This document shows, piece by piece, positions 54,881-64,000 of a DNA stretch of 64,000 bases. The notes under the pieces are model-generated. The model had not been told where the DNA came from, searched no databases, and worked only from the letters and a program-made list of their open reading frames with translations. A program made the position numbers and the translations under genes. Origin of the DNA: an uncultured Candidatus Rokubacteria bacterium (GTDB lineage: Bacteria; Methylomirabilota; Methylomirabilia; Rokubacteriales; CSP1-6); NCBI GenBank assembly GCA_963771355.1, contig CAVYTA010000006.1:2016001-2080000 (forward strand), written 5' to 3'. The stretch's first letter is position 1, and every line of letters starts with the position of its first letter.

Positions 54881-56025
54881 GCGAGGCGTCGCGCGTGCGC
54901 CCGCGCTGGCTCGGTCCCCTGGGCTGGATCACCGGCGTCACCTCGGTGATCCTCGGCGCGGCCGGCGTCGGCGCCGTGCTCTGCCTCTGGTACCCGGCGC
55001 TGCTGACCACACCCGCCCTGCGTGACGTCTACGACATGCGGCTGATCCGCGGCCTGATCAAGGCTGGGCTCATCGCCGGCTTCGCGCTCGGCGCGGCCAG
55101 CCTGCTCCTGAAGCGCCGGAAGGCCCTCGGCCTCACCGGAGTTGGCCTCGCGGCGCTGGCCACCCTCATGGGCGGATCCACGGTCGAGGTGGCGACCCCG
55201 GTGCGGCCGTCGGACTATCTCGGGCTGGACTGGTTCCTCATCAATCTCCTCATCCTCGCCACGGTCTTCGTCCCCCTCGAGTCGGTGTTCGCGCGGCTGC
55301 CCGCGCAGCGCGTCTTCCGGCGCGGCTGGACCACCGACCTCGCGCACTTCGCGGTGAGCCATCTCCTGGTGCAGGCCGGCGTGCTGCTCACCCTCGCCCC
55401 CGCGGCCGTGTTCTTCCGCTGGGCGGTGAGCCCCGCGCTCCAGGGCGCAGTGGCCGCCCAGCCGATCGTGCTCCAGTTCGTGGAGATCCTCGCCATCGCC
55501 GATCTCACGCAATACGGGGTGCATCGGCTCTTCCACCGGGTGCCCTGGCTCTGGCGCTTCCATCAGATACATCACTCGAGCCGCGACATGGACTGGCTCG
55601 CCGCCTCGCGCCTGCATCTGGTGGACATCGCCGTCACCCGGGCGGTGGGCTTCGTGCCGGTGTACGTCCTGGGCTTCGCGTCGGGTCCGACCTACGCCTA
55701 CCTCGTCTTCGTCTCGTTCCAGGCCATCCTCATCCACGCCAACGTGTCCTTTGCCTTCGGACCGTTGCGCTGGCTACTCGCGACGCCCCAGTTCCATCAC
55801 TGGCATCACGCGGCGGAGTCGGAGGCGGTCGACAAGAACTTTGCGGTGCACCTGCCCGTGATCGACTGGGTGTTCGGCACATTCTTCCTGCCGGGCCGGC
55901 GCTGGCCCTCCCGCTACGGGCTCGACGGCGATCCCGTGCCCGAGGGCTACGGGCGCCAGCTGGTTTATCCGTTCCTCCGCGGGGGCGGGCCGTTCCTTCG
56001 CGGGGGCGGGCCGGCGGGGGACTAA
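54877..56025 (+). CDS. Sterol desaturase/fatty acid hydroxylase-family membrane di-iron enzyme
   Basis: His boxes HRLFH, HQIHHS, HAN and HHWHH; multiple TM segments. Confidence 0.9.
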   Translation: MSEASRVRPRWLGPLGWITGVTSVILGAAGVGAVLCLWYPALLTTPALRDVYDMRLIRGLIKAGLIAGFALGAASLLLKRRKALGLTGVGLAALATLMGGSTVEVATPVRPSDYLGLDWFLINLLILATVFVPLESVFARLPAQRVFRRGWTTDLAHFAVSHLLVQAGVLLTLAPAAVFFRWAVSPALQGAVAAQPIVLQFVEILAIADLTQYGVHRLFHRVPWLWRFHQIHHSSRDMDWLAASRLHLVDIAVTRAVGFVPVYVLGFASGPTYAYLVFVSFQAILIHANVSFAFGPLRWLLATPQFHHWHHAAESEAVDKNFAVHLPVIDWVFGTFFLPGRRWPSRYGLDGDPVPEGYGRQLVYPFLRGGGPFLRGGGPAGD

Positions 56026-56753
56026 GGGCCGCGCCGGCGCGGCGCGGTGACCGACATCGGGAGCCCAAGGGCGGAGAGCGCACGCTCGGCAGCCGGGAAG
56101 AAGCCGACCCGGTCGAGGAAGGGATTCAGCCAGCCGGTGGCCACGCAATAAGCGTCCGCCTGCGTTCGATGATGCCGGGCATGATGCGCCGGACGGAGGA
56201 CCAGTCCGGCTCGCTGAAGCCGCCCCACCGCTCGCGGCGCCACCGGCAGATGCGCCCACTTGTGGAACTGATTGGTAACCACCGCCCCCACCGCGAAAGT
56301 CAGAAGCGCGGAATGCGCCACGACTGAGAGCGGCGCTGCCGTGGCCGGTGGCGCGAGGAGAGCGACGACGGCGAGCAGCGGCGCGATGGCGAGACAGCTA
56401 TTACCCGCGATCTCCGCCAGCCCGTGGTGCGTCATCGCAAGCGGATCGCGGTGGTGCTCGCGGAAGGGCTCGATGAGCATCCTCCCGACCAGCGGCGTGT
56501 CCTCCTCGAAGAAGGTGTCGCAGAACCAGTGAACGATGCCGGAAAAGAAGTCGGACGCGAGATAGCCGAGCGCCACCCCCATCGCAACCCACCCGGCCCG
56601 GGACGAGATCGTCTCCACGGCGGCGAGACGGACGGCGAGGACGAGCCAGAGCACGGATGCTGTCGCCAGGGCCGCCCACTCGACAAGGGCGAGCCAGTTG
56701 GGCCGCGGGCCCGTGACAGGCGCCGCGCCGGAATCGCCAGTGGTCTCGAGCAT
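56022..56753 (-). CDS. CarF/TMEM189 (PEDS1)/FAD4-family lipid desaturase
   Basis: DFFSGIVHWFCDT, PFREHHRDP, TNQFHKWAH, HHARHH, YCVATGWLN. Confidence 0.88.
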   Translation of the reverse strand: MLETTGDSGAAPVTGPRPNWLALVEWAALATASVLWLVLAVRLAAVETISSRAGWVAMGVALGYLASDFFSGIVHWFCDTFFEEDTPLVGRMLIEPFREHHRDPLAMTHHGLAEIAGNSCLAIAPLLAVVALLAPPATAAPLSVVAHSALLTFAVGAVVTNQFHKWAHLPVAPRAVGRLQRAGLVLRPAHHARHHRTQADAYCVATGWLNPFLDRVGFFPAAERALSALGLPMSVTAPRRRGP

Positions 56754-56889
56754 CGGGCAGATTCTACCCGGTCACGGCGTCTTGGGGACAGGTCTCTTCA
56801 GGGCTACGCCCCACGCACCGAAAGGCGCCCTCTCCTTGGATGTGGCCGACATCGGCCGGTTTTCCTCGTCGGATCCCGCCCGCTCGCAT

Positions 56890-56905
56890 TGGCATCGCCC
56901 ATGCT
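56890..56905 (+). promoter_or_regulatory. Sigma54 (-24/-12) promoter
   Basis: TGGCAT-CGCCC-ATGCT with correct GG-N10-GC spacing. Confidence 0.6.
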
Positions 56906-56968
56906 CTCCCTGTAGCAGGGAGCGCCGCACGCGCCCTGAATCCCATTCCACATTGCGAGGAGCGAGTG

Positions 56969-57112
56969 ATGAAGGTCGCGAGAGCTCGACGAGTGCTGGT
57001 GGCTGCTCTGGCTTTTCCAATTGCCCTGTCCCTCGGCGGATGTACTTACTGGGTCTGGATTCCCACCGGGACGACCCCGCCGGCGCCGCCCGCGCCACCG
57101 CGAGTTCCCTGA
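56969..57112 (+). CDS. Small putative lipoprotein (47 aa) with a Pro-rich tail
   Basis: GAGGAG Shine-Dalgarno; MKVARARR, hydrophobic core and lipobox LGG-C. Confidence 0.6.
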   Translation: MKVARARRVLVAALAFPIALSLGGCTYWVWIPTGTTPPAPPAPPRVP

Positions 57113-57153
57113 TCGCCGGAGGGGCCCACCTCATCCGGGCGGCCGCTCTGCTG

Positions 57154-57924
57154 ATGGCCGGGCTGGCGCTTGCCGCGTCGATGCCCGACCTGGCCACCGC
57201 GGAGCCGGTCGCGGTGCGCTTCCTCGAGGGCGTCACCCGCGGCTTTCTCGTCGTGAGCGCGGTGGACGGCAAGCCCGTGGGCCAGGGCGACATCCGGCAG
57301 GTCGCACATCCCGGCCGTGTCGAGAGCCGGATGATCCTCCGCTTTCGCGATGGCTCCCTCCACGACGAGACGGTCACCTATACGCAGGACAAGGTCTTCA
57401 AGCTGGGGCGCTTCCGGCTGATCCAGAAAGGCCCCTCCTTCCCGGAGCCCGTCGAGATCACCCTGGAGGCGGGATCCGGGGAATATCTCGTCAAGTCCCA
57501 TCCCGGAGCCGACCGCGAGAAGACCTACCGCGGAACGCTCGAGGTGCCCCCCGACACCTATAATGGCCTGCTCCTCGTCGTGCTCAAGAACCTGCCGGCC
57601 GGCGGCTCGACACGGGTGCACTACGTCGCCTTCACGCCCAAGCCCTATCTCATCGGCCTCGACCTGCTCCCCCAGGGCCAGGAAAAGGTCCGGGTGGGAG
57701 CCGAGTCGCGACCGGCGACGCGGTACGAGCTCAAGCCGGACCTGGGGGTCCTGCTTCGGATCGGCGCCGCCGTACTCGGCAAGACCCCGGCACCGCAGCA
57801 GTGCTGGATCCTGGCGGATCCGGTGCCCGCCTTCGTGGGCTGCGAGGCGCCCCTGGCCACGAGCGGGCCACCCTGGCGCATCGGCCTCACGAGCCCGGCG
57901 CCGACGCCCAATGGCGGCCAAGCC
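57154..57924 (+). CDS. Exported hypothetical protein (start uncertain, CTG at 57109 possible); no in-frame stop before the PsiE-like gene
   Basis: Signal-like segment ending ATA-EP, host-like codon usage, beta-rich composition. Confidence 0.65.
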
Positions 57925-58407
57925 ATGAGCCCGGCTCCGCGCTCGCGCATTCGCGAGCGCATTGCCCTCGCCTTCACGTACGTCGAGGACGCGGTGTACC
58001 TCGCGCTCGCCCTGCTGCTGGCGGCCGGAGCCATCGGGCTCGTGGCTCACACCGGCTTGGTCTTCGCGCGCATGCTCGCCGAGGGCACCCTGGCGGTGGG
58101 CGCGGTGGCCGTGCTCGACCGGGTGCTCCTCGTCCTGATGGTGGTGGAGCTGCTCTACACCGTGCAGGTCTCGTTCCGCGAGCACAAGATCGCGGCCGAG
58201 CCCTTTCTCCTCGTGGCCATGATCGCCAGCGTCCGGCGCATCATCGTGCTCAACGCCGAGATGGCCGAGACGGCGAAGCGGGGCGGTGAGGCGTTCCGGG
58301 CCGCCATGATCGAAACCGGCCTGCTGACCTTCGTGGTCCTCGCCATGGTGGGCGCGCTCGTCGTCCTCCGGAGGCAGGCGCCCATCAGGGCCGAACGCGC
58401 GGTCTGA
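57925..58407 (+). CDS. PsiE-family (phosphate-starvation-inducible) membrane protein
   Basis: Four TM segments, LDRVLLVLMVVELLYTV, EPFLLVAMIASVRRII. Confidence 0.8.
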   Translation: MSPAPRSRIRERIALAFTYVEDAVYLALALLLAAGAIGLVAHTGLVFARMLAEGTLAVGAVAVLDRVLLVLMVVELLYTVQVSFREHKIAAEPFLLVAMIASVRRIIVLNAEMAETAKRGGEAFRAAMIETGLLTFVVLAMVGALVVLRRQAPIRAERAV

Positions 58408-58453
58408 GCCCGCGCATTTGCGCGGCGCCCGGGGCGTCGCGTATGGTGAGGGC

Positions 58454-59110
58454 GTGGCCCGCATCGCGCCGAGCATCCTGTCCGCCGATTTCGCCGCGCT
58501 GGGGGACGCCATCGCGCGGGTGGAAGCGGGCGGCGCGGATCTGCTCCACGTGGACGTGATGGACGGCCACTTCGTTCCCAACCTCACCCTCGGCCCGCCC
58601 GTCATCGAGGCGATCCGGAAGCGCGCCCGGATCCCGCTCGACGTCCATCTCATGATCGAGGAGCCGGAGCGCTGGGTGGACACCTATGTCCGCGCCGGCG
58701 CGGACTGGGTCACCGTGCACGTCGAGGCCTGCACCCATCTCCAGCGCGCCCTGTCCCAGATCCGGGAAGCGGGAGCGAAAGCCGGCGTGGCGCTCAATCC
58801 GGGCACCTCCCCCGACTCCCTCCGGTACGTGCTCGACGACCTGGACCTGGTCCTGGTCATGTCGGTGAACCCCGGATTCGGCGGCCAGTCCTTCATCCCG
58901 AGCGCATATCAAAAGATACGTGATATCAGGAGCTTGATCGTCTCCAGGGCGGTCGAGGTCTCGGTGGACGGGGGCGTCAAGCGGGACAATGCGGGAGCCC
59001 TCGTCCGGGCGGGGGCCTCGGTGCTGGTGGCGGGCTCGGCCGTGTTCGGGAGCCCGGACGCCGCGCAGGCGGTGAGGGACCTCCGGAGTGCGTCGGAAGT
59101 AGCGAAATAG
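58454..59110 (+). CDS. rpe: Ribulose-phosphate 3-epimerase
   Basis: IAPSILSADF, HVDVMDGHFVPN, MSVNPGFGGQ, VDGG. Confidence 0.97.
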   Translation: MARIAPSILSADFAALGDAIARVEAGGADLLHVDVMDGHFVPNLTLGPPVIEAIRKRARIPLDVHLMIEEPERWVDTYVRAGADWVTVHVEACTHLQRALSQIREAGAKAGVALNPGTSPDSLRYVLDDLDLVLVMSVNPGFGGQSFIPSAYQKIRDIRSLIVSRAVEVSVDGGVKRDNAGALVRAGASVLVAGSAVFGSPDAAQAVRDLRSASEVAK

Positions 59111-59112
59111 GC

Positions 59113-59141
59113 TTGACTTTTCGCTTTCCCGCCCTTAGTCT
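59113..59141 (+). promoter_or_regulatory. Sigma70 promoter of the ffh operon
   Basis: TTGACT-17 nt-TAGTCT in an AT-rich gap. Confidence 0.65.
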
Positions 59142-59175
59142 TTAATCTTTCCAGAAGCATGCTTCTGGGGCAGCC

Positions 59176-60516
59176 ATGTTCGACAACCTCACGACGCGTC
59201 TCAATGGAATCTTCGACCGGCTCCGCGGATTCGGCCGGCTGACGGAGGAGAACGTCCAGGAGGCGCTCCGCGAAGTGCGGATCGCCCTCCTCGAAGCCGA
59301 CGTCAACTTCAAGGTCGTCAAGAGCTTCATCGAGCGCGTCCGCGAGAAGGCCATCGGGCAGGACGTGCTCAGGTCGCTGACGCCGGGGCAGCACGTGGTC
59401 AAGGTGGTCCACGACGAGCTGGTCACGCTGCTGGGCGGCTCGGCGCATCGCCTGGCCATGGCGGCGCATCCCCCCACCGTCATCATGCTGGTCGGGCTCC
59501 AGGGCTCAGGCAAGACCACCACCGCCGCCAAGCTCGCGCGCCTGTTCCAGAAGCAGGGCCTGCACCCGATCCTGGCCTCCGCCGACGTGTACCGGCCGGC
59601 TGCCATCGACCAGCTCAAGACGCTCGGCGCCTCCCTCGGCATTCCGGTGCTGGGCGACCCGGGCGCGACGCCGCTCGCCATCTGCGCCGCCGCGCGCGAC
59701 GAGGCGGCGCAGCGCGGGCTCTCCCCGCTCATCCTGGACACCGCAGGGCGCCTGCACATCGATGAGGAGATGCTCGGCGAGCTCAAGGCGATCAAGCGTG
59801 AGGTGACGCCCCATCACGTGCTGCTGGTCGTGGACGCCATGACCGGACAGGACGCGGTCACGGTGGCCGACAAGTTCAATGCCGCGGTGGGGGTCGACGC
59901 GTTCGTCCTCACCAAGATGGACGGCGACGCACGCGGCGGCGCGGCGCTGTCCGTCCGCGAGGTCACCGGCCGGCCCATCGCCTTCGTGGGGCTCGGCGAG
60001 AAGACGGACGCGCTGGAGCCCTTCCACCCCGACCGGCTGGCCGCGCGCATCCTCGGGATGGGCGACGTGCTGTCCCTGGTCGAGAAGGCGCAGGAGGTGG
60101 TGGACCAGTCGCAGGCGGAGGAGCTGGCGCGGAAGATCCGCGAGGAAACCTTCTCGCTGGAGGACTTCGCCAAGCAGCTCAAGCAGCTGCGCTCCATGGG
60201 CCCGCTGGATCAGATCATGGAGATGGTGCCCGGCCTCCGAGGTGCCGGCATGCCGAAGGAGCTCAAGGGCGAGGAGGGCGAGCTCCAACGCTACGAGGCC
60301 ATCATCGCCTCGATGACGCCGGCGGAGCGCGAGACGCCGGCGCTCATCAACGGGAGCCGGCGGCTCCGCATCGCGCGGGGCAGCGGCACCCAGGTCGCCG
60401 ACGTCAACCGGCTCCTCAAGCAACATGCGCAGCTCAAGAAGATGATGAAGGGCCTCAAGCAGATGGAGGGGCGGATGGGCAAGCTCAAGGGCGCGCTCCC
60501 GTTCCTCAATCGATAA
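59176..60516 (+). CDS. ffh: Signal recognition particle protein Ffh
   Basis: [28 protein letters not shown] and an M domain. Confidence 0.98.
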   Translation: MFDNLTTRLNGIFDRLRGFGRLTEENVQEALREVRIALLEADVNFKVVKSFIERVREKAIGQDVLRSLTPGQHVVKVVHDELVTLLGGSAHRLAMAAHPPTVIMLVGLQGSGKTTTAAKLARLFQKQGLHPILASADVYRPAAIDQLKTLGASLGIPVLGDPGATPLAICAAARDEAAQRGLSPLILDTAGRLHIDEEMLGELKAIKREVTPHHVLLVVDAMTGQDAVTVADKFNAAVGVDAFVLTKMDGDARGGAALSVREVTGRPIAFVGLGEKTDALEPFHPDRLAARILGMGDVLSLVEKAQEVVDQSQAEELARKIREETFSLEDFAKQLKQLRSMGPLDQIMEMVPGLRGAGMPKELKGEEGELQRYEAIIASMTPAERETPALINGSRRLRIARGSGTQVADVNRLLKQHAQLKKMMKGLKQMEGRMGKLKGALPFLNR

Positions 60517-60539
60517 CCCCCAGCAACCGAGGTGATCAC

Positions 60540-60788
60540 GTGGCGGTACACATTCGACTGAGACGGACGGGCACGACCAGGAAGCCGGCCTATCGCGTGG
60601 TGGTGGCGGACTCCCGCGCCGCGCGCGACGGGCGGTTCATCGAGATCATCGGCCATTACAATCCGCTGTCCGACCCGCCGCTGCTCAAGATCGAGACGGA
60701 GAAGGCCACCGCGTGGATCAAGAAGGGGGCGCAGCCGTCGAACACGGTGAAGCACCTCCTCAAGCGCGCCGGGGTCGGCAAGGTCTGA
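60540..60788 (+). CDS. rpsP: 30S ribosomal protein S16
   Basis: [31 protein letters not shown]. Confidence 0.97.
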   Translation: MAVHIRLRRTGTTRKPAYRVVVADSRAARDGRFIEIIGHYNPLSDPPLLKIETEKATAWIKKGAQPSNTVKHLLKRAGVGKV

Positions 60789-60789
60789 C

Positions 60790-61323
60790 GTGACGGACGC
60801 CTCCGGGGCGCCGCTCATCGCGGTGGGCGAGGTGCTCGGGCCCCACGGGGTCCACGGAGACGTGCGCGTGCGCCCGCTCACCGACCGGCCGCGGGAGCGG
60901 TTCCACGGCCTGGAAGCGTGCTTTCTCTGGGAGCCCGCGCGCAATCGCCAGGAGCCGTGCCGCATCGTCTCCCGGCGCTTCGAGGCGTCGAGCGTGCTGG
61001 TCCGGCTGGACGGAGTGGACTCACCCGAAGCGGCCCGCGCGCTGTCGGGCCGGCTGCTCGCGGTGGAGCGCGAGCGGGCGCTGCCGCCCCGCCCGGGCGA
61101 GTTCTATCCGTGGCAGCTCGAGGGGGCCACGGTGGAGACACCGGACGGCCGGCCCCTGGGCCGGTTCCTCCGGGTGATGGACTCGCCCGCCCAGCCGCTC
61201 TGGGTGATCGAGCGGGACGGGCGCGAGTGGCTCCTGCCGGCGGTGCCGGAGTTCGTGGTGGAAGTGAGCGTGGCGGAGCGCCGCATCGTGGCGAGCCCGC
61301 CGGAGGGGCTGGAGGCATTGTGA
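60790..61323 (+). CDS. rimM: Ribosome maturation factor RimM
   Basis: [29 protein letters not shown]; between rpsP and trmD. Confidence 0.93.
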   Translation: MTDASGAPLIAVGEVLGPHGVHGDVRVRPLTDRPRERFHGLEACFLWEPARNRQEPCRIVSRRFEASSVLVRLDGVDSPEAARALSGRLLAVERERALPPRPGEFYPWQLEGATVETPDGRPLGRFLRVMDSPAQPLWVIERDGREWLLPAVPEFVVEVSVAERRIVASPPEGLEAL

Positions 61324-62063
61324 GGATCGACATCGTGACCCTGTTCCCGGGGATGCTCGCGGGCGCGCTCGGCGAGTCGATCCTCGGCCGCGCGCGGGAG
61401 CGCGGGCTGGTGGACATCCGGGTCTACAACCTCCGCGACCACGCGACGGGCCGGCACCTGGTCACGGACGACGCCCCGTTCGGGGGCGGCGGCGGGATGA
61501 TCCTCAAGCCCGAGCCGCTGGCCGCCTGCCTCGGCTTGCTGCGTACCCCGGCGGCGCGGGTGGTACTGCTCGACCCGGCCGGCCGTCGCTTCAGCCAGGC
61601 GGTGGCGCGGGAGTACGCGCGCGTGACGCACCTGGTGCTCGTGTGCGGTCGCTACGAGGGCGTGGACGAGCGGGTGCGCGAGCATCTGGTCGACGAGGAG
61701 CTGTCCATCGGCGACTACGTGCTCACCGGCGGCGAGCCGGCGGCCCTGGTGGTGGCCGACGCGGTGACCCGCCTGCTCCCCGGCGTGCTGGGAGATGCCG
61801 AAGCACCGGCCCACGACTCCTTCGCGCGCGGACTGCTCGAGCACCCACAGTACACGCGCCCGGAGGACTTCGGCGGCTGGCGCGTGCCCCCGCTTCTGCT
61901 GGGCGGCGACCACGCCCGGGTGGAGCGCTGGCGGCGCGTGATGTCGGTGTGGCGGACGTGGCAGCGCCGTCCGGACCTTCTCGAGACCGCGGACCTCGCG
62001 CCCGAGGAGCAGAAGTGGGTGGACGGATTCGGCCAGGGGCGCGAGCCCTCGGATTACATCTAG
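61320..62063 (+). CDS. trmD: tRNA (guanine-N1)-methyltransferase
   Basis: [36 protein letters not shown]. Confidence 0.97.
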   Translation: MRIDIVTLFPGMLAGALGESILGRARERGLVDIRVYNLRDHATGRHLVTDDAPFGGGGGMILKPEPLAACLGLLRTPAARVVLLDPAGRRFSQAVAREYARVTHLVLVCGRYEGVDERVREHLVDEELSIGDYVLTGGEPAALVVADAVTRLLPGVLGDAEAPAHDSFARGLLEHPQYTRPEDFGGWRVPPLLLGGDHARVERWRRVMSVWRTWQRRPDLLETADLAPEEQKWVDGFGQGREPSDYI

Positions 62064-62082
62064 CGAAGGAGCGGAAGAGGCC

Positions 62083-62457
62083 ATGGAAGCGATTCGACTC
62101 GTGGACGCGGGGCAGCTCAAGAAAGACCGGGGGGGCTTTGCCCCGGGCGACACCGTGCGGGTGCAGGTCAAGGTCGTGGAGGGCGAGAAGGAGCGGCTGC
62201 AGGCCTTCGAGGGCGTCGTCATCCGGAAGCGGGGAGGCGGGGCGAGCGCGTCCTTCACCGTGCGCCGCATCTCCTACGGGGTAGGTGTCGAGCGCACCTT
62301 CCCCCTGCACTCGCCGCGCATCGACAAGATCCAGGTGACGAAGCGGGCGGTGGTGCGCCGCTCCAAGCTCTACTACCTGCGCGACCTCGCGGGCAAGGCG
62401 GCGCGGCTGAAGGAGAAGCGGCTGGCGCAGATTCCCAGCTCGGGCGAGCAGGCGTAG
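62083..62457 (+). CDS. rplS: 50S ribosomal protein L19
   Basis: [35 protein letters not shown]. Confidence 0.98.
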   Translation: MEAIRLVDAGQLKKDRGGFAPGDTVRVQVKVVEGEKERLQAFEGVVIRKRGGGASASFTVRRISYGVGVERTFPLHSPRIDKIQVTKRAVVRRSKLYYLRDLAGKAARLKEKRLAQIPSSGEQA

Positions 62458-62471
62458 GACGGGATCCGGCC

Positions 62472-63092
62472 ACGGTCGCGCCGTACCGGTTCGAGGGGGC
62501 CGCCTGGCGACGCGGCGTCGTCCGGGTGGCGGGAGTGGACGAGGCCGGGCGCGCCCCGCTCGCGGGGCCCGTGGTCGCGGCGGCGGTGATCCTGGACGCG
62601 GAGACGCGCATCGTGGGTCTGGATGACTCGAAGCTCTTGCCCCCCGAGGAGCGTGAGCGGCTCTTCCTGCTGATCCGGTCGCGGGCGGTGGCGGTGGGCG
62701 TGGGGATGGTCGACGCGCAGACGATAGACCGAGTGAACATCCTGGAGGCGACGAGGCTGGCGATGGGAGCGGCGGTGGCGGCCCTGCAGGTGATGCCGGA
62801 GCTGGTGCTCACGGACTTCGTGCGCCTGGCCGGGCTCGACTGCCCGCAGCGCAATTTGGTCCGGGGCGATCAGCGCTCGGCGACCGTGGCCGCGGCCTCG
62901 ATCATCGCCAAGGTCACGCGGGACCGCCTGATGGAGGAGGCCGACACCGAGTTTCCCGTCTACGGCTTCCGCCGGCACAAGGGCTATCCGACCCGCGAGC
63001 ACCGCACGGCGCTGGAGCGGCACGGACCCTGTCCCCTGCACCGTCGGACCTTTCAGGGTGTCTCGACGCAGATGGGACTCTTCACGGTATGA
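62472..63092 (+). CDS. rnhB: Ribonuclease HII (start uncertain; first standard start is GTG at 62526)
   Basis: AGVDEAGR, LDDSK, AAASIIAKVTRD, HKGY. Confidence 0.93.
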   Translation, partial: TVAPYRFEGAAWRRGVVRVAGVDEAGRAPLAGPVVAAAVILDAETRIVGLDDSKLLPPEERERLFLLIRSRAVAVGVGMVDAQTIDRVNILEATRLAMGAAVAALQVMPELVLTDFVRLAGLDCPQRNLVRGDQRSATVAAASIIAKVTRDRLMEEADTEFPVYGFRRHKGYPTREHRTALERHGPCPLHRRTFQGVSTQMGLFTV

Positions 63093-63535
63093 GCCTGCGC
63101 GGGCTCCTCATGGTCGGCGTGCTCCTGCTCGCGCCCGCGGCGTGGGCCCAGGGAACGTGCCCGCCCACGCGCGCGGACATGGAAGGGCCCTTCTACAAGC
63201 CCGATGCCCCGCGACGCGAGGCCACCGGCAAGGGGTTCGCAGTGACCGGCGCCGTGAAGTCCTCCGGGTCGTGCGCGCCCCTGCCGGGCGCTCGGGTGGA
63301 ATGGTGGCAGGCCAATCCCGGGGGCGAGTATGACGACGCCCACCGGGGCAGCCTGGTCGCGGGGGAAGGCGGCCGCTATCGTTTCGAGACCGACTTCCCC
63401 CCGCCCTACTCGGGGCGCCCGTCGCACATCCACTTCAAGGCCTCCGCACCCGGCTACAGGGTATTGACCACCCAGCTCTATCCCAGGGCGGGACAGACCG
63501 CCGTGACCTTCGATCTTGTGCTGATCAAGGAGTGA
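63089..63535 (+). CDS. Exported intradiol ring-cleavage dioxygenase-like protein
   Basis: Signal peptide; EGPFY, WQANPGGEY and PPPYSGRPSHIHFK (Tyr/Tyr/His/His iron-ligand pattern). Confidence 0.8.
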   Translation: MSLRGLLMVGVLLLAPAAWAQGTCPPTRADMEGPFYKPDAPRREATGKGFAVTGAVKSSGSCAPLPGARVEWWQANPGGEYDDAHRGSLVAGEGGRYRFETDFPPPYSGRPSHIHFKASAPGYRVLTTQLYPRAGQTAVTFDLVLIKE

Positions 63536-63538
63536 ACC

Positions 63539-63919
63539 GTGCCAACTGAAACTCGCAGGACCACCGCTATCCGGGGAGAGGATGAGGCGGCGCGCTTTCT
63601 CGCGCGCTGCGGTTACGCGATCCTGGACCGGAACGTCCGGACGCGCTCGGGAGAGATCGACCTCGTGGCGAAAGAGGGCAAGACCCTCGTCTTCGTCGAG
63701 GTCAAGACGCGCAAGGTCATCGAGGGCGATCCGCCCCAGGCGGCCGTGAACGTGCGCAAGCAGAACCGACTCGGCAAGCTGGCGCACGGCTATCTCAAGT
63801 CCAAGCGGATGCGGGAGGTGCCGTGCCGCTTCGACGTGGTGGCGGTGATCGTCAACGACGAGGGCGGGGTCAAAGCCATCCGCCACATTCCCAATGCATT
63901 CTCCCTCGCTCCCTGGTAG
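63539..63919 (+). CDS. yraN: YraN (UPF0102) family putative nuclease
   Basis: GEDEAARFL, GEIDLVA, LVFVEVKTR, RFDVVAV. Confidence 0.93.
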   Translation: MPTETRRTTAIRGEDEAARFLARCGYAILDRNVRTRSGEIDLVAKEGKTLVFVEVKTRKVIEGDPPQAAVNVRKQNRLGKLAHGYLKSKRMREVPCRFDVVAVIVNDEGGVKAIRHIPNAFSLAPW

Positions 63920-63922
63920 CGC

Positions 63923-64000
63923 ATGACCGATCGGGTGGCCGCCTTCGAAAAGGCGCTGGCCCCGGCCGCGGGGCGCACCGCGCTCATCGTGGTGGACATG
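63923..64000 (+). CDS. Probable cysteine hydrolase (isochorismatase family), 3'-truncated
   Basis: MTDRVAAFEKALAPAAGRTALIVVDM; only the TALIVVDM motif is visible. Confidence 0.55.
   Translation, partial: MTDRVAAFEKALAPAAGRTALIVVDM

Noticed and set aside
54877..56025. Alkylglycerol monooxygenase assignment for the desaturase next to the CarF-like gene
   Set aside because: Only the generic fatty-acid-hydroxylase His boxes are visible; a specific assignment cannot be supported without a search.

Overview
A 64-kb chromosomal window from a high-GC (about 70% by eye) diderm bacterium. Gene order and protein style suggest Ca. Rokubacteria/Methylomirabilota (inference, not searched). Most of it is housekeeping: nucleotide-sugar genes, lepA-lepB-hemW-hrcA-grpE-dnaJ-prmA-rsmE-archease, lpxC-DUF4390-ntrYX, a PyrR-attenuated pyr/car operon, yicC-gmk-rpoZ-coaBC-udg-priA-def-fmt-rsmB and rpe-ffh-rpsP-rimM-trmD-rplS-rnhB-yraN. 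Accessory blocks are an AllF/G/H-like (FdrA, DUF1116, DUF2877) cluster with an amidohydrolase, two ABC systems, a Tat-exported IorAB-like molybdoenzyme and a lipid-desaturase island. I found no rRNA, tRNA, CRISPR array or transposase. Best leads: (1) a dispersed ~120-bp intergenic repeat at translationally coupled junctions, which bridges them with mini-ORFs and supplies a Shine-Dalgarno 7 nt before the next gene; (2) a complete sigma54 promoter (palindrome, IHF site, -24/-12) on lpxC next to an NtrYX-like activator, plus two more sigma54 promoters driving tiny lipoproteins; (3) a CarF/TMEM189-type desaturase; (4) the oxamate-carbamoyltransferase-like cluster without carbamate kinase, just upstream of the pyr operon; (5) a LAGLIDADG intein in UDP-glucuronate decarboxylase; (6) PriA, HPRT and an enhancer-binding protein with degenerate catalytic motifs; (7) recurrent leaderless-type promoters. 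The frameshifts in lpxC, the Nramp gene and one permease look like merged-haplotype assembly artefacts rather than real pseudogenes.
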